A stretch of DNA of 63,847 nt, filler included, from Rhabdomonas costata (GCA_019059605.1; 40 parts of 40 records of this genome joined end to end with filler, not necessarily neighbours in it); one strand, 5' to 3'; counted from the whole stretch's first letter, positions 11,867-23,600 are shown. Numbers and translations are program-made. The notes: a model not told the origin generated them from the letters alone.

Positions 11867-12855
11867 TAGTGATCCTTGACTGGAAAAAGCAATGCCGAGA
11901 ACACGCACACACACATTAGCGTTGGTGGGTTTGCCAAATAGAAGTCGCAGGACACGGGGTACGTACAAGTGTGCAACGAGAGAATCATCAATTATCATCC
12001 CAAGGCAATGCTGAGTTCGACCGTTTGTTGCATTGAGAAGGCCAAAGTAAGGGACTGTACAAAAGGCTTTTTTAACAATCCGATTGAAGATCTGATCAAG
12101 CGTGGACCGTTCCTCAATTGCTGTTTGTGCTAACCCAGCTCAGTACATTAACTGCGCACCCAATCACCGCCGCGCCCCACTGCACAGAAAAATCACTTTT
12201 CCGCGATATGGTGACCCATTATGCCCCGACCGTGAGCATCGTTGCGTTCCCCCATCGGCGGATTGAAGCACCTCTCCTGCCAGAAGAAATGCAAGTGCCG
12301 CCAAACAGCGCCGTGTCAAACGGTGACAACCGTTCGATGCCAAAGAAGGTTCAGCACACAGACTCCCGAGATCTTTCCAAGGGGAAAATGGGATCCACGG
12401 GGGGGCGAGCCACAGAACCACAGGCAACACAAAGGGAGAGAGAAATGACACGGCATATGTGGGCGGGACACATCAATAGAAAGCGGGCGGCATAGTGCGG
12501 AGAGCGCGCTGAGGCGTGGGGACAGAAGCGCACGGCTCCAATGAGTTGTATGCGAGATTGCGGGGGGGGGGGTCGCACGGAGGGTGTCAGCTGGGATAAC
12601 TGAAGGATTTCCAGGTGAAATTCCCCCTCACGGAGAACTTTATGATTTCAATAAGAATTGCGATTTGAAACACATAAGCATACACACAAACNNNNNNNNN
12701 NNNNNNNNNNNNNNNNNNNNNNNNNNNNNNNNNNNTTAATTAATTAANNNNNNNNNNNNNNNNNNNNNNNNNNNNNNNNNNNNNNNNNNNNGGTTTTGGG
12801 GTATGAAATCTGCTCGAAATTCGGGGAGAAGGATCCCACCACCATTCCTCCGCAG

Positions 12856-14092
12856 TTCAATGCGCTGTTGTCGGAGCCTCGAGACAGCGTGCGGATTGAG
12901 GCCTCTTCGGGATACACCCTGGTCGCTCTGGCCAAGCGGGTCAACTCCGCCAAGGTGGGCGCGGTGCAGGTGGGCATCTACTTCAGCTACCGGCGGCACG
13001 GCGATATGCGGTGCGACGAACCCGCCTACCTCTCAGGCCTGCAGGTGCTGAGCAAGATCCCAGCCTTGACCGAGGTTGACCTGCTCTGCTATGGTGGGCC
13101 GATCTGTCTGAACTTTCGGCTGGCGCCGCGGCTAACCAGTGTGAGGGCCCATTTCAAGACCGGCGGGATTAGCTTTGGTCTGTGCAACAAGGACCTCGCC
13201 CTGCTCGCAGAGCTCACTCGGAAGCCCACATTGACCAGCCTGGACCTCCTGCTTTGGCAGCAGGAAGGTATCTCGGATTCGGGGGTCGCGGCCCTGCTCC
13301 GGAGCTGCGGCCGCTCGAGCTCCCTGCGGGAGCTGTACATTGATGTGGGGGGGAGCTACGGTCTTTCTGGTGATGCAGTGGCCAGGGTGCGTGGGCTGTT
13401 TCGGTTACCGCTCTTCTCGCTGTTTGTTTTGGGGTTCGCAGTGCATGTCGAATGTCGCCGCGCTCTCCCGAGTGTATCAAGTTGGCACTGACGCCACCAA
13501 TACCAAGTAGGTAGTAAGTATTTGACGGAGCGATGGCTTTGTGGACATCATGTTTGCGCACCAAAACCAGCTTGTTAGCTTGATAAACTGGGATCCTGTC
13601 AGGTTCCGATTTTTTTTTCATTTTTCAGCGGCACCGCGCGGCGATGGTTTTTGTACAGTTGCAGTTAGACCGGACCTCCTCCTATTGGGATAATTTTTAT
13701 CTCACTTTTTCTCATCAGAGCTAGTGAATGCTACAGGGAACTGAGTTGAATACATAAATGCAACTCGTAACAGGAGGAGGAGGAAGCCTCGGCAACTTCT
13801 TCGTTTCTCACCTCAGATGGGCACTCTGGCGAGGGCTCCAGCGCTTCGGGAGCTGTCCATCTCCTTGCAGGTGGATAATGAGCCCGCGAAGTGCGTTCCC
13901 CACCTGTGCCAGTTGGCCCAGGCGACGCAGCTGCGCAAGCTCATGTTGGAGTTGCCCTACGAGGTCACCAAAGCTCAGCTCCGGCCATTGGCTCGCCGCC
14001 TGCGCGCGGCGCCCTTCCGATGTGTGCTGAACAGTGAGGAGCTCGGGAGAGTGGTTCAACCTGGCGCGCCACCAGACGAGGCTCTTACTGAG
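12856..14092 (+). CDS. RNI-like leucine-rich-repeat protein, exons 12856-13386 and 13817-14092
   Basis: LTSLDLLL...ISDSGVAALL, SLRELYIDV, ALRELSISL, QLRKLMLEL; in-frame GT-AG intron. Confidence 0.8.
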
Positions 14093-14549
14093 GTACGGTC
14101 TCGTTTTTTAGCTGCACTCCTTCACCTCTGAAAAGGAGTGAATGAATTACTCTACTCTGGTTGTTGTTTTCTTATCCATGAGCATCAGTGGAGAAATGAG
14201 GGCGCCCAAATTTCCCAGCTGAGAGCTTCACCCGTCATGAGGGTACTGTGTCGATGACCTGGCACTTTCAGGTGGACATGCCATCCCCACNNNNNNNNNN
14301 NNNNNNNNNNNNNNNNNNNNNNNNNNNNNNNNNNTTAATTAATTAANNNNNNNNNNNNNNNNNNNNNNNNNNNNNNNNNNNNNNNNNNNNTTGTTTTTTT
14401 AATTCTTTAGGTTTTGCGGGGAGCAATACCGAAAGAATTAAAAAGACACACACAGGGCTGCAAAAGGGTGAGCACCAACAAGGAGATGGAGTTAGGCAAA
14501 GACAGGAGAACGGAAAAGCCTGACATTCAGCCCTTTGCTTCCACACCAG

Positions 14550-14957
14550 TCACGCAGTTGCTGTGCACGTACGTGCACCCCGAGCAAAATCGGTCCACAA
14601 AACCTTCCTGTAGCAACGCGCCTCACAGAGCCAAAGTCCGTTAAACTCCCGGCTCGGAATTTGCGGCACGAGAGGGTAGTGGGCGTTCCGTAATATAGAT
14701 AGTTCAGTATTATGGAACTCAGGAGCAAGAACAATCTCTCGAAGGGGCTGGTAGTCACTACGGAAGGAAAGCATCGCCAACCCTGCAGCCAACCCTGCAT
14801 CACCTTCCAACTCAAACGATAATGAGAGTGCCCGTGCAGCGGGGAGCGACTCATTTGAATCCAAAGCACTCCTCCGCAAGCGCTCGACCTTACCACTCAA
14901 CGGCCGTGTGGATACCCACCTAGCTGCATTGCCGCGGCGCCCAGGACGCCGATACAC
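14550..14957 (-). CDS. Hypothetical, possibly LRR-like exon
   Basis: Open frame with LSLSFELEGDAGLAAGLAML...LREIVL; same frame as the upstream GT47 stop. Confidence 0.3.
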   Translation of the reverse strand: MYRRPGRRGNAARWVSTRPLSGKVERLRRSALDSNESLPAARALSLSFELEGDAGLAAGLAMLSFRSDYQPLREIVLAPEFHNTELSILRNAHYPLVPQIPSREFNGLWLCEARCYRKVLWTDFARGARTCTATA

Positions 14958-15038
14958 GGCTCCGGCTTCCTGACTGCTATCATGCCGCCCGAATGAACCG
15001 AATGATGGGCTCTGCGATAGCCGCTTTCTTCTCGAGTG

Positions 15039-15341
15039 TCAAGGGGTGCGGAGGCAGTGAATCAGAATCGTCCGCACCCATGAAGGTGAGAACAGCGGGC
15101 TAAGGTCAAAAGTTTGCCCCCGCAGTGCCTCCCACGCTTGGTCCAAGAAGGCCTTCGTGGCTTCGCGGTAGCTGGGCACGCGGACCACAGGCAGCCCGTA
15201 GTGCAGCGCAGGGGGGGTATGGTTAAGCACCACAGGGACCCGGCCCATCGCAAGACTCTCCCACACGCGGTAGGTATCTGGACCAAGGCCGGGTGGGGCC
15301 AGCACAAAACGATGCTCCCGAAGCTCCCTGTGTGTGTATGT
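15039..15341 (-). CDS. Exostosin/GT47-like glycosyltransferase, C-terminal exon
   Basis: HRFVLAPPGLGPDTYRVWESLAMGRVPVV...GLPVVRV matches the F.L.P.G...D..R.WE.L..G.IPV motif. Confidence 0.85.
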   Translation of the reverse strand, partial: TYTHRELREHRFVLAPPGLGPDTYRVWESLAMGRVPVVLNHTPPALHYGLPVVRVPSYREATKAFLDQAWEALRGQTFDLSPLFSPSWVRTILIHCLRTP

Positions 15342-15707
15342 CTGCGAGCTTTGAGCTTTGAGGGAATAAGGGTGAAGGAAATGCCGAAACAAGGATATGT
15401 ATCGTGCTTGACCACACCACCCAAGCAATGAGAATTTCCTTTGAGCGGATCTACAACGCACCTACCAACAACTTTCGCTGATTTTAGGAGGGGAGATAAG
15501 AAGAGGGGGGGGGAGTGCGATCCCCGTCCAACATCCACACATTATCCTGCACCAGTGCATGTGCAAGTCACGATTTCTTCATTTCTCGTTTCTTTCCTTT
15601 ATTCTCATTTATTTATTTGACTTTTCCGATTTTTTCGCAGAAACTGCGCCACCAAAGTAGTACGTGAGCATTCCCATTTTGCACCTTTGGAAATGCACTC
15701 TCCGGAA

Positions 15708-15893
15708 TGTGTGTGTGTGTGTGTGTGTGTGTGTTGGGCGCATTGCGCGCTGGCTGTTGCCTGGTTGACTGGTTGCTTGGTTGTTGGTAACCACTGTGGA
15801 CTGACGGGCGCACGCGCTGTTGGCCACAGGTACTCGCGAGAGGTGCCGTTGGAGCGAACGGTGCCATGGGGAACCGGAATTGGCTCACCGCCG
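15708..15893 (-). repeat. Interspersed repeat copy 2 with longer (CA)n tail
   Basis: Matches 1211-1377; (GT)n run at about 15708-15733. Confidence 0.8.
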
Positions 15894-16605
15894 NNNNNNN
15901 NNNNNNNNNNNNNNNNNNNNNNNNNNNNNNNNNNNNNTTAATTAATTAANNNNNNNNNNNNNNNNNNNNNNNNNNNNNNNNNNNNNNNNNNNNGTGGGGT
16001 TGGTGCCCACCCAGGCGTTCAGGAAAAGGAAGCCCCAAGTCATGTCGTTGGAGGGCAACGAGAAGGGCTCCTAAGAGGGAGCAGGAGGGTGAGCGGAGTG
16101 GGAGGAGACGGGTTCGTAGAAAACTTCACCAGACGGTATGATCCATATGGTCGATACCTCTACTGCACGCCTTGCCTCAAAAAGTCGGGGAAGTCCTTCT
16201 GGTCCAGAAGCGGTTGATAATATCACTTCTCAGGGGTGTGACCTGGTAGGAAGAGTCCTTGGTGCCGGTTTCTCGGTGCCTGTTTCTTTTTGCATGATCA
16301 TCAATTCTTCAGCATTGTAGTACCTGCAGCATCCGACTGTTGAGTGGCACTGATTTTCACAGCGAAGATACTTGCACGTGTCAACTATGGCCAGGGATAT
16401 TGAGCGGAAACAACGGTCAAACATGCCATCCCCCCCTCTCAAGTTTTCAGTCCACGTTCCTCATTCCAGACAACCACAAGAATGGCGATGCTCCATAATG
16501 TCCAGCACATCACCAAAAGACAACAAAATTTGACTCGTAAAGGGCTCAATTACATATGCACCTACCACCGATTCACTTTCGAAAAAACCGAAGGAGTGCA
16601 CTCAC

Positions 16606-17348
16606 CAGCCCCGTGTAGTGCGCCACAATGAGCAGGGGCCACATTGAGACGAAGACCAAAACCCCCACAAAGCCGAACAGTATCCACATCGGGAACACCT
16701 GAAGGGGCATGGGAGGTGGGCAATCCGCAAGGCCTGAGACATCAAAACAGATGAGCACGAAGTGTGGTGTGCGTGTTCATCCTTCCTTGCACTCCAATAA
16801 TCACAAGTGTGAAGCAGCCTTCCTGTAAAGTGCCCGAAGACTCGCCTCAGGTTCCCATATACCCCATTTTTTCTGGAAATGAGAGCGAGAGTGAGCCTGC
16901 TCAGTGACACCACCTGTTCCCAGGTCCTGAGTTCCATTCAAACACACACATATCAGTCCTTCCACACAAGACCATACAGGAAAGTGAGATCGCACGTGCC
17001 TTTCGTGCATTCCGACGCAACGGTGCAAAAAGAGGGAGGGGGACAGGTACCGTTTCCTGTCCAGCATAGATGCTTTCCGCCTTTTTCTTTTGCTTCCCAC
17101 GTCTTTTGCCAAAGAACACTGCTGTTAAAAACGAGCATTGGTCGGCAAAAAACAAGAGGTGATGCGCCAGTGAGTGAGTGATTGAGTGTGTGCGTGTACT
17201 TGGGCATGGCACATCGTGGAGGGACCTTCTCATTGGGAATCTTACATTTCAGAAGGGTGACATAGCACGCGTAGAGGGCGGCGCCAACGAGCGCCAGAAG
17301 ATCCCCCTTGAGGTTGCTTTCCTCCTGCGCCTTAGTCTCGTCCGAGCG
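16606..17348 (-). CDS. SLC35F5/THI74-like DMT-superfamily transporter, exons 17348-17226 and 16698-16606
   Basis: GDLLALVGAALYACYVTLLK...EK|VFPMWILFGFVGVLVFVSMWPLLIVAHYTG; phase-0 GT-AG intron. Confidence 0.85.
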
Positions 17349-17872
17349 CTGCAAACCACCGCGGACCACCGCAAGGAGTAGGAAACCGAAGAAGTAGGAG
17401 GGGGGATCATCTGGCTGAGATCCTTATTTTCAGACCCTTATTTTGCCCACGAGAGCTGAGCCCCCGGCTAATTCGCCGGGAAATGGGACCTCNNNNNNNN
17501 NNNNNNNNNNNNNNNNNNNNNNNNNNNNNNNNNNNNTTAATTAATTAANNNNNNNNNNNNNNNNNNNNNNNNNNNNNNNNNNNNNNNNNNNNGTTTTTGT
17601 TGGTCGCGATTTTTCCCGGGTGATTCCGGGAGTGAATTGATCTTTTGAAGCAAATGGTCATTCCTCTAACCGGCTGTTTGTTGAGAAGGTAGGTAAAAAT
17701 AGGGTTTAAAAACAGCCATGTTTTATGGTGCAAATCTGAGTTTACCGCGTAACGTACTTTACCAGGTTAGTAACCGATCCACATGAAAAGCTGAGGCACG
17801 TGCTCCACCTCCATTAGCGAATGCCATTATTCGGAAGACAAGGACGTCAAACTGGAGGATGGGTGGAAATGC

Positions 17873-18609
17873 CTCGGAAACGTGACAGTCGATGCCGCGG
17901 TACAGCGCGACGTTCAGGGGCTGCAGCTGAGCCAGTGCACGGCGGAGGTGCAGCGCGACCTCCCTCCACGCCTGCAGCTGCTCCGTGGAGTGCACGTACG
18001 CCCCATCCTTCACTTCCCCACGAAGGGCCTCGTTGAGCTGAGAAGCACAACGACATACCAATTCTAGAATTCTATGGCACCCCGAAAACCCCAAATATGC
18101 GAAGAGTGTTAAAAGAGTGCGAGAAGCCACTGAGCTTGCTTGGGCTTGACTTTGGTGCGAGGTGCGAAAACAAAATCAAAACGCAACACAACGGCAAATT
18201 ACAAAACAATACTGAAAAACACACAAACATACAATGCAACACAACACTGCACAACCTACAGCTATAAGATAAAAACAGAAACGCACGAGTACACAGCTGC
18301 ACACCCGCCGGTAGATCTCGCACTCCAGGGTGTACGTGTGCAGCACGGCAATCATATCATCGGTGAGGTTCAGCTTCTTCACAAGCTCCGCCCGCTCGCG
18401 GTGAAACTTAGCCACAAAGCGCTTCACCATCGCCAGGATCAGCTCCATGGCGGGGTGCTCGATTTTAGGGTAGAAGCCCTCAAGCCATCCCCGAAAGTCC
18501 TTCTCGTTGGCCTTCCGCACGTTCTCGTCGAAGGCATCCGGGGGCACCTCCCCAGTTTTCTCAGAGGCTGCCCCGCCACTGCTGGCACTCTCTTGCTTCA
18601 GCGCTTTGC
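17873..18609 (-). CDS. Arginine-type (R-S-E clade) ADP-ribosyltransferase-domain protein, exons 18609-18305 and 18037-~17873
   Basis: Spliced LHTYTLECEIYRR|LNEALR...LRRALAQLQPLNVALYRGID gives the YT..Y..LN.ALR...L..AL..L...YRG signature. The S and E motifs are not in the window. Confidence 0.82.
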
Positions 18610-19379
18610 CTGTACGGTACAAAGAAGAGCCATAATGATTTGTAAAGGGATTGAGAGCCGGGGAACAGACAACTGAAAGGGATCAAAAGAACTTATGGCA
18701 AAGGAATGTCTCATAGCCCCTCGAAAAACATCTCAAACTTCCAGAGCCTCAAAAAACCGGAGTGACCACCGCGAAAACTGCACGCAGTGCTATGCGAAGT
18801 TGAAAAAGAAACCGGCATACGGGCAGAAAATAAAATAAACCGATTGAGCTTGCTAATCAGAATTAACAAACCAGAACGATTTAAGAAAACTGAGGCTGAC
18901 CCAGAGCGAGACCCCCAGGCCAACCTGTGGCTATCTTCGCCAGGAGAGCCTTCCGCTCAAGCTCCTGCAGCTCTCTCTGGGCGCGCTGTTTGGCCTCCAC
19001 ATCGCCTTCCTTCCCTTTTCCCATCTTCTTCACTACTCCCCTCACTCCCCTCCTCGGCATCCTCCTCTCTCCTACCGGCGGATTCCCCTCCNNNNNNNNN
19101 NNNNNNNNNNNNNNNNNNNNNNNNNNNNNNNNNNNTTAATTAATTAANNNNNNNNNNNNNNNNNNNNNNNNNNNNNNNNNNNNNNNNNNNNTTTTGGGGG
19201 TGCTTATCTTAACGCAGTTGGCAGCTCCGACTGGCCGGGAGACTCCTTTGGTGTCTGTGACGGCTTGTGCAACTGGGTATCCTTGAGATGTAAAGAAGGT
19301 CTATTAGTGATGAGATATTGTGATCTTTATGGTACTTCGGGCTTTTTTATCGCATCAATCGAAAGCTAAACGATGACGA

Positions 19380-20640
19380 TTTACGTGCTGCTCTCATCCA
19401 TTCGCCGGTGTTCGAGGGCAACCTTGGATTCATAGACTCGTCTCGCCGCGGATTTGTGGGCCATCCATTTGCCCTTGGAGACTCCGAACCGTGACTCACC
19501 AGAGTTGTTTTGCACCAGATTGTGGGGTGCTTTTGGTAACATCTTGTGTATAGAATGGCGCGCTTTATCGTGCTGAATAGAGTACCTATGAGGCGCAGCC
19601 ACTACTGTTGTACTGGGTGTGGCGAGGTTTCACTGGTGCATGCTGCCTCTGTGTAATTGTTCAGTGCATGTAATAAATGCTGGTACAGCACACTTAAAAC
19701 TATTGTAGGATGTTTTGGCTGATGCGTGTTCGTTTGTAATGTTTTGTGCAGTATGGTATTTGACAACAACGTCTCCATATTTGCATGATAAGAAGTCACT
19801 AGCACCATCCAGGAAACCTATACATCATGTCATTTGATGCTAATTTACATGGCGTATGTTGGTGAGAGGATCTAAGTGGTGATTCATGGACCAAGCTATA
19901 TCTGCATAATATCCTCCTCGATGCCATCAAATGGCTGGGAGGACCCGATCAGGCACAGCCAAAATCGCAATGTGTGATATTGTAGTGGGAGTGTTTGTGC
20001 GAATGGCGTACCGCTGCCTAATTTGGGGTTTGACTTTTTGCTTCCATATTGACGCATCAGAAATGGCTGCAGCGGAACATACTATACAGATATGCGTGTG
20101 TAGTGAACGTTTGTGCAAATCACAAGCTCCCCCGCTTGCAAGGAAAGCTGGCAGCATGGATTGAGCTGAAACACCGCTTGCGATGGCGTTGGAGATCAAG
20201 TACCAGCGAACACGTATGTCTAACGCTGTTAGACCTGTCATACTGTCATACTCTGTCATACTCAAGCTCCTCCAAGTTTGCTTCACATCCAAATGGCAGC
20301 ACAGTGGCACAAGCATCAAATGTGCTGTCTTGATGCATGACGTTATCTTCCATGGGGAGAGTTGATGGGAGCTGGGCACTATATCATACACAAGTGTCTA
20401 ATGGCCGTTGGACGAACGTCAAATACCAGCTAGATTGCCCCATACACAAATTTGCATGCACCAGTTGAATTGTACCGTCGAATTCGGTTTGTATGAAGTA
20501 GCGGCGCTGAGGTTAAGGCGGAAGGTGTAATAGGGCAGCATGCAGATGCGATGCCTATCATACTCATTCGAAGCATCGTGGGCTGCAGATGAATAATGGG
20601 TCATTGGGTGAGAATACCAGTAAAGACAACTTACATTAGC
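19380..20640 (-). pseudogene. Possible decayed non-LTR (CRE/R2-like) retroelement
   Basis: Intron- and microsatellite-free block of broken frames; only an LPAFLAS-like motif near 20140-20165 is suggestive. Confidence 0.25.
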
Positions 20641-21082
20641 GCAGCGATAAGATTGAATGAAGTAAGGGTAGTTTACTGAGTTGAGATCATNNNNNNNNNN
20701 NNNNNNNNNNNNNNNNNNNNNNNNNNNNNNNNNNTTAATTAATTAANNNNNNNNNNNNNNNNNNNNNNNNNNNNNNNNNNNNNNNNNNNNTTTTGTTTGT
20801 AACACCGCCACATTTCCTTTTCCTTTTCCACAGCACCTTTTCCATTCCACGTTGTCTTCCCCCACCTTTTGTGGGGTTGGCTGTGCCCGATGTTGGTGAA
20901 TTCGTGTCTACGCTACCGGACACCTGTGGTCAATGCCTTCCGCCCCTGTTCGGTATTGGGGTGGTCACTTTCCTCATTGATGGGCGTCTCACGCATACCT
21001 TTGGCCCTGTCCATTGCAGCTGTCGTCCGGTGCGGCGCTATTCTCACGATGCGAGTGATGGTCCCGTTGTGAATATCTGCAC

Positions 21083-21600
21083 CAATCAGCTCAGTGGCAA
21101 GCTCTCGATGTGGGCGTCTTCTCCATCATCGAAGCTGGCCATCGGGAGGGGACCGGATTTCGGCAGTCGGGTGGAAGTAGCCATCACCCAGACGGACAGT
21201 TTGACTGCAGACGATGTGTGCTGGATTGTCAGCGGCCTGTCAGAGTCTGACGAGCATCTCTCTAACGCACGGCTTTGGAACGCACTAGCAAAGGCAGCTG
21301 TCAGACAAGCATCTCGGCTTCCTGCTCGCTGCATAGTCACCTGTGTCCAGAGTTTTGGCAGAGTGAGTCTCACTCATGACAATCTGGCTCTTTGGGTTAG
21401 CTTGTCAACGGCACTGATTGCGGCATTCGATGACCTGAAGGGTGGAGAGGTTGCGATGGCTGTGATTGGATTTTCCAAGATAAGGAGCCTGCATCTGAAC
21501 CGAATCCTATGGAGGGGTCTTGTCAGTGCTGCTGCTCGGGAAAGTGTACATATGACTCCGCAGAACTTGGTGGATTCTCTGGCAGGCTTTTCTAGGGTCG
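21083..21600 (+). CDS. 39-aa helical-repeat protein, second contig
   Basis: Three exact 39-aa units starting LTADDV, LPARCI and LKGGEV, then MTPQNLVDSLAGFSRV. Confidence 0.78.
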
Positions 21601-22090
21601 ACTGTCGCTCGGATGACACTGCTATCTTCTGTTTGAAATCATTCCTTGTTCTTTGGGATTATTCTGTCAAACGGATCAAAAGGGGTGAGCATGACATAAA
21701 CAGTGGTAATACCTTTCTGAGGGACGGTGTTAATTCGTTGAGACCACTATGGAGCACCAGGAGAAGGGCCCTGGATTGGGGAAAAGGCGGGCAGAACTTT
21801 TGAAGGCCATCTCACCTCTGTTTTCACCAGTTCTCCCTCCACTGAAGTTTTCCTTTGTTCCTTTCAAATGAAATCGAAACCTGAACCCTTGAACAACAGT
21901 TTATACGGAAGAAAAGCAGTACGACAATAATTTAATCATTGAGCAAAGAGACCCCGAAAGAGCATTGTGAGGAAATAAGGTGCTCAGGAAAGTTCCCTTT
22001 TTTCTGGGGCTTTGCGTTGCGTTCTGCTCTTTTCCCTATCGCCACCGCCACTCCTTCCAATGAGAATTCCAATGATATCTCTTCTTCTAG

Positions 22091-22258
22091 ATCGTGGTTT
22101 CGGACCCTGAGCAGAGCCACACGAAGCTGGTGCGGTGCCTGGCGGTGGTAGGGTCCATCTTGTTCAGCGGGGGTCACGACGGTGTCATAAAGCGGTGGAC
22201 CTCAGAGGGCGTGTGGACGGCCGACCTGGGCGGCCCAGGGGTCTCCGGTGGACACTCG
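22091..22258 (+). CDS. WD40-repeat exon
   Basis: TAG|...SHTKLVRCLAVVGSILFSGGHDGVIKRW...GGHS|GTACGG, 56 codons. Confidence 0.85.
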
Positions 22259-22388
22259 GTACGGGGCTGCTGCTGTTGCTTTTGCCAANNNNNNNNNNNN
22301 NNNNNNNNNNNNNNNNNNNNNNNNNNNNNNNNTTAATTAATTAANNNNNNNNNNNNNNNNNNNNNNNNNNNNNNNNNNNNNNNNNNNN

Positions 22389-22862
22389 TTTCTTTTCCTT
22401 TGAGAGAGCCCAAGCGAGGATTCAGACCCTTGTAGTCTTCAATGCCTTGGTGTCCATACTCGCGTTGACTTATGGCGCCCATGGCTGTCGTTGGATCGTC
22501 AAGAAGTGTGATCGGTGGCTCAATTCCTGTTGGAGTACATTGCGACACCCACCGTGCGCGTTGTTCCACAACTGCCGTGGAGTGTGCGCTGTAAAGGTAG
22601 TTTCGGATCCTCTGGAGCTCAGAGGACAATACAGCTATTGAATTGAATGCGAACTATTCCTGCAGGTCTACTGAACCATCGCCAGACCACAGCAAACATG
22701 CAGACTCCCACGATGCAGAACACAATCGCAGACAACAAATCTCGACACACCACGATCCAACGACAGCCATGGGCGCCATAAGTCAACGCGAGTATGGACA
22801 CCAAGGCATTGAAGACTACAAGGGTCTGAATCCTCGCTTGGGCTCTCTCAAAGGAAAAGAAA
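22389..22862. repeat. Perfect 111-bp inverted repeat (22389-22499 / 22752-22862) at contig start
   Basis: Exact reverse complement; probably a fold-back chimera. Confidence 0.95.
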
Positions 22863-23600
22863 AGGCGTCATTTTACTCCGAACCTCTCGCCTTCGACTAT
22901 CCATTACTATCCAAACCGACTACTTTGACGACTACGACGAAGTGGATGACAAAGACGAGCCATACTAACCGGTTCCTGAGGGGCCATGACCCATTCCGAA
23001 CACCTGGTACCGACCAGCTCGGCCCCTGGACTAACCACCACTCCAGTCAAGCTCGGATGAGTAGAACTGTCATTTGCATTCAGCCACCGGATCCATCTAT
23101 CAGGAACCCGAGTGCATTAACCACTCAAGTAAAAGAAAAGGCGGACAGAACCGCAACCACCAGAGGAGAGCCTCGTAGACATGAGGAATGAAGAGCTTCG
23201 TTCTCACTGAGCCGACGTCCGGTACCGAGCAGCACACCGGGAACATCAGCGCAAGTACAGGTTACGCAGTTTTCGGACTGAGCCTTCTCCATACTTGGAC
23301 GCTAAAGAGAAAGTTGGATTGCACGACTAGGTTTTTTGGATTGCCTGCATTGTACTGGACTATAGACCAACTATCAACTTATTTGCAAATCACTGCACAG
23401 CCAAACTGCGTCGGTTCCTCAGTGCGTGACCACGAGCTGAGAACAGTGGCTTCATTGCGTTCAACTACATGGAGCGGGTATGCAAACACCCCTGGTACAT
23501 CATTGTTGTATGGATTCTGCCATGTCGACTACCACGGTAGAATGAGGCTAAAACCGAAGTGGTATTCACGGTTTGCCATAATCGACGACACCAGCACTTA
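22750..23600 (+). mobile_element. Decayed DIRS-like tyrosine-recombinase retroelement pol region
   Basis: PTINLFANHCTAKLRRFLSA*P...AFNY/WSGYANTP (23387-23500) matches the DIRS methyltransferase-like P.IDLFA...AKL.RF.S...W...YA.PP pattern; weak YFDD-like RT motif near 22920; multiple stops and frameshifts. Confidence 0.55.

Noticed and set aside
11486-11869. Antisense and overlapping ORFs in the ORF track, and ORFs ending in X…LIN
   Set aside because: Shadows of GC3-rich coding strands or read-through into N spacers.
14669-14742. SECIS-like hairpin downstream of the in-frame TGA
   Set aside because: Lacks the RUGA/GA quartet geometry and lies within an open frame.
22389-22862. 111-bp inverted repeat as DIRS ITR/ICR
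   Set aside because: It is 100% identical inside an otherwise decayed element, covers pol-like sequence and starts exactly at the contig end; a chimera is more likely.
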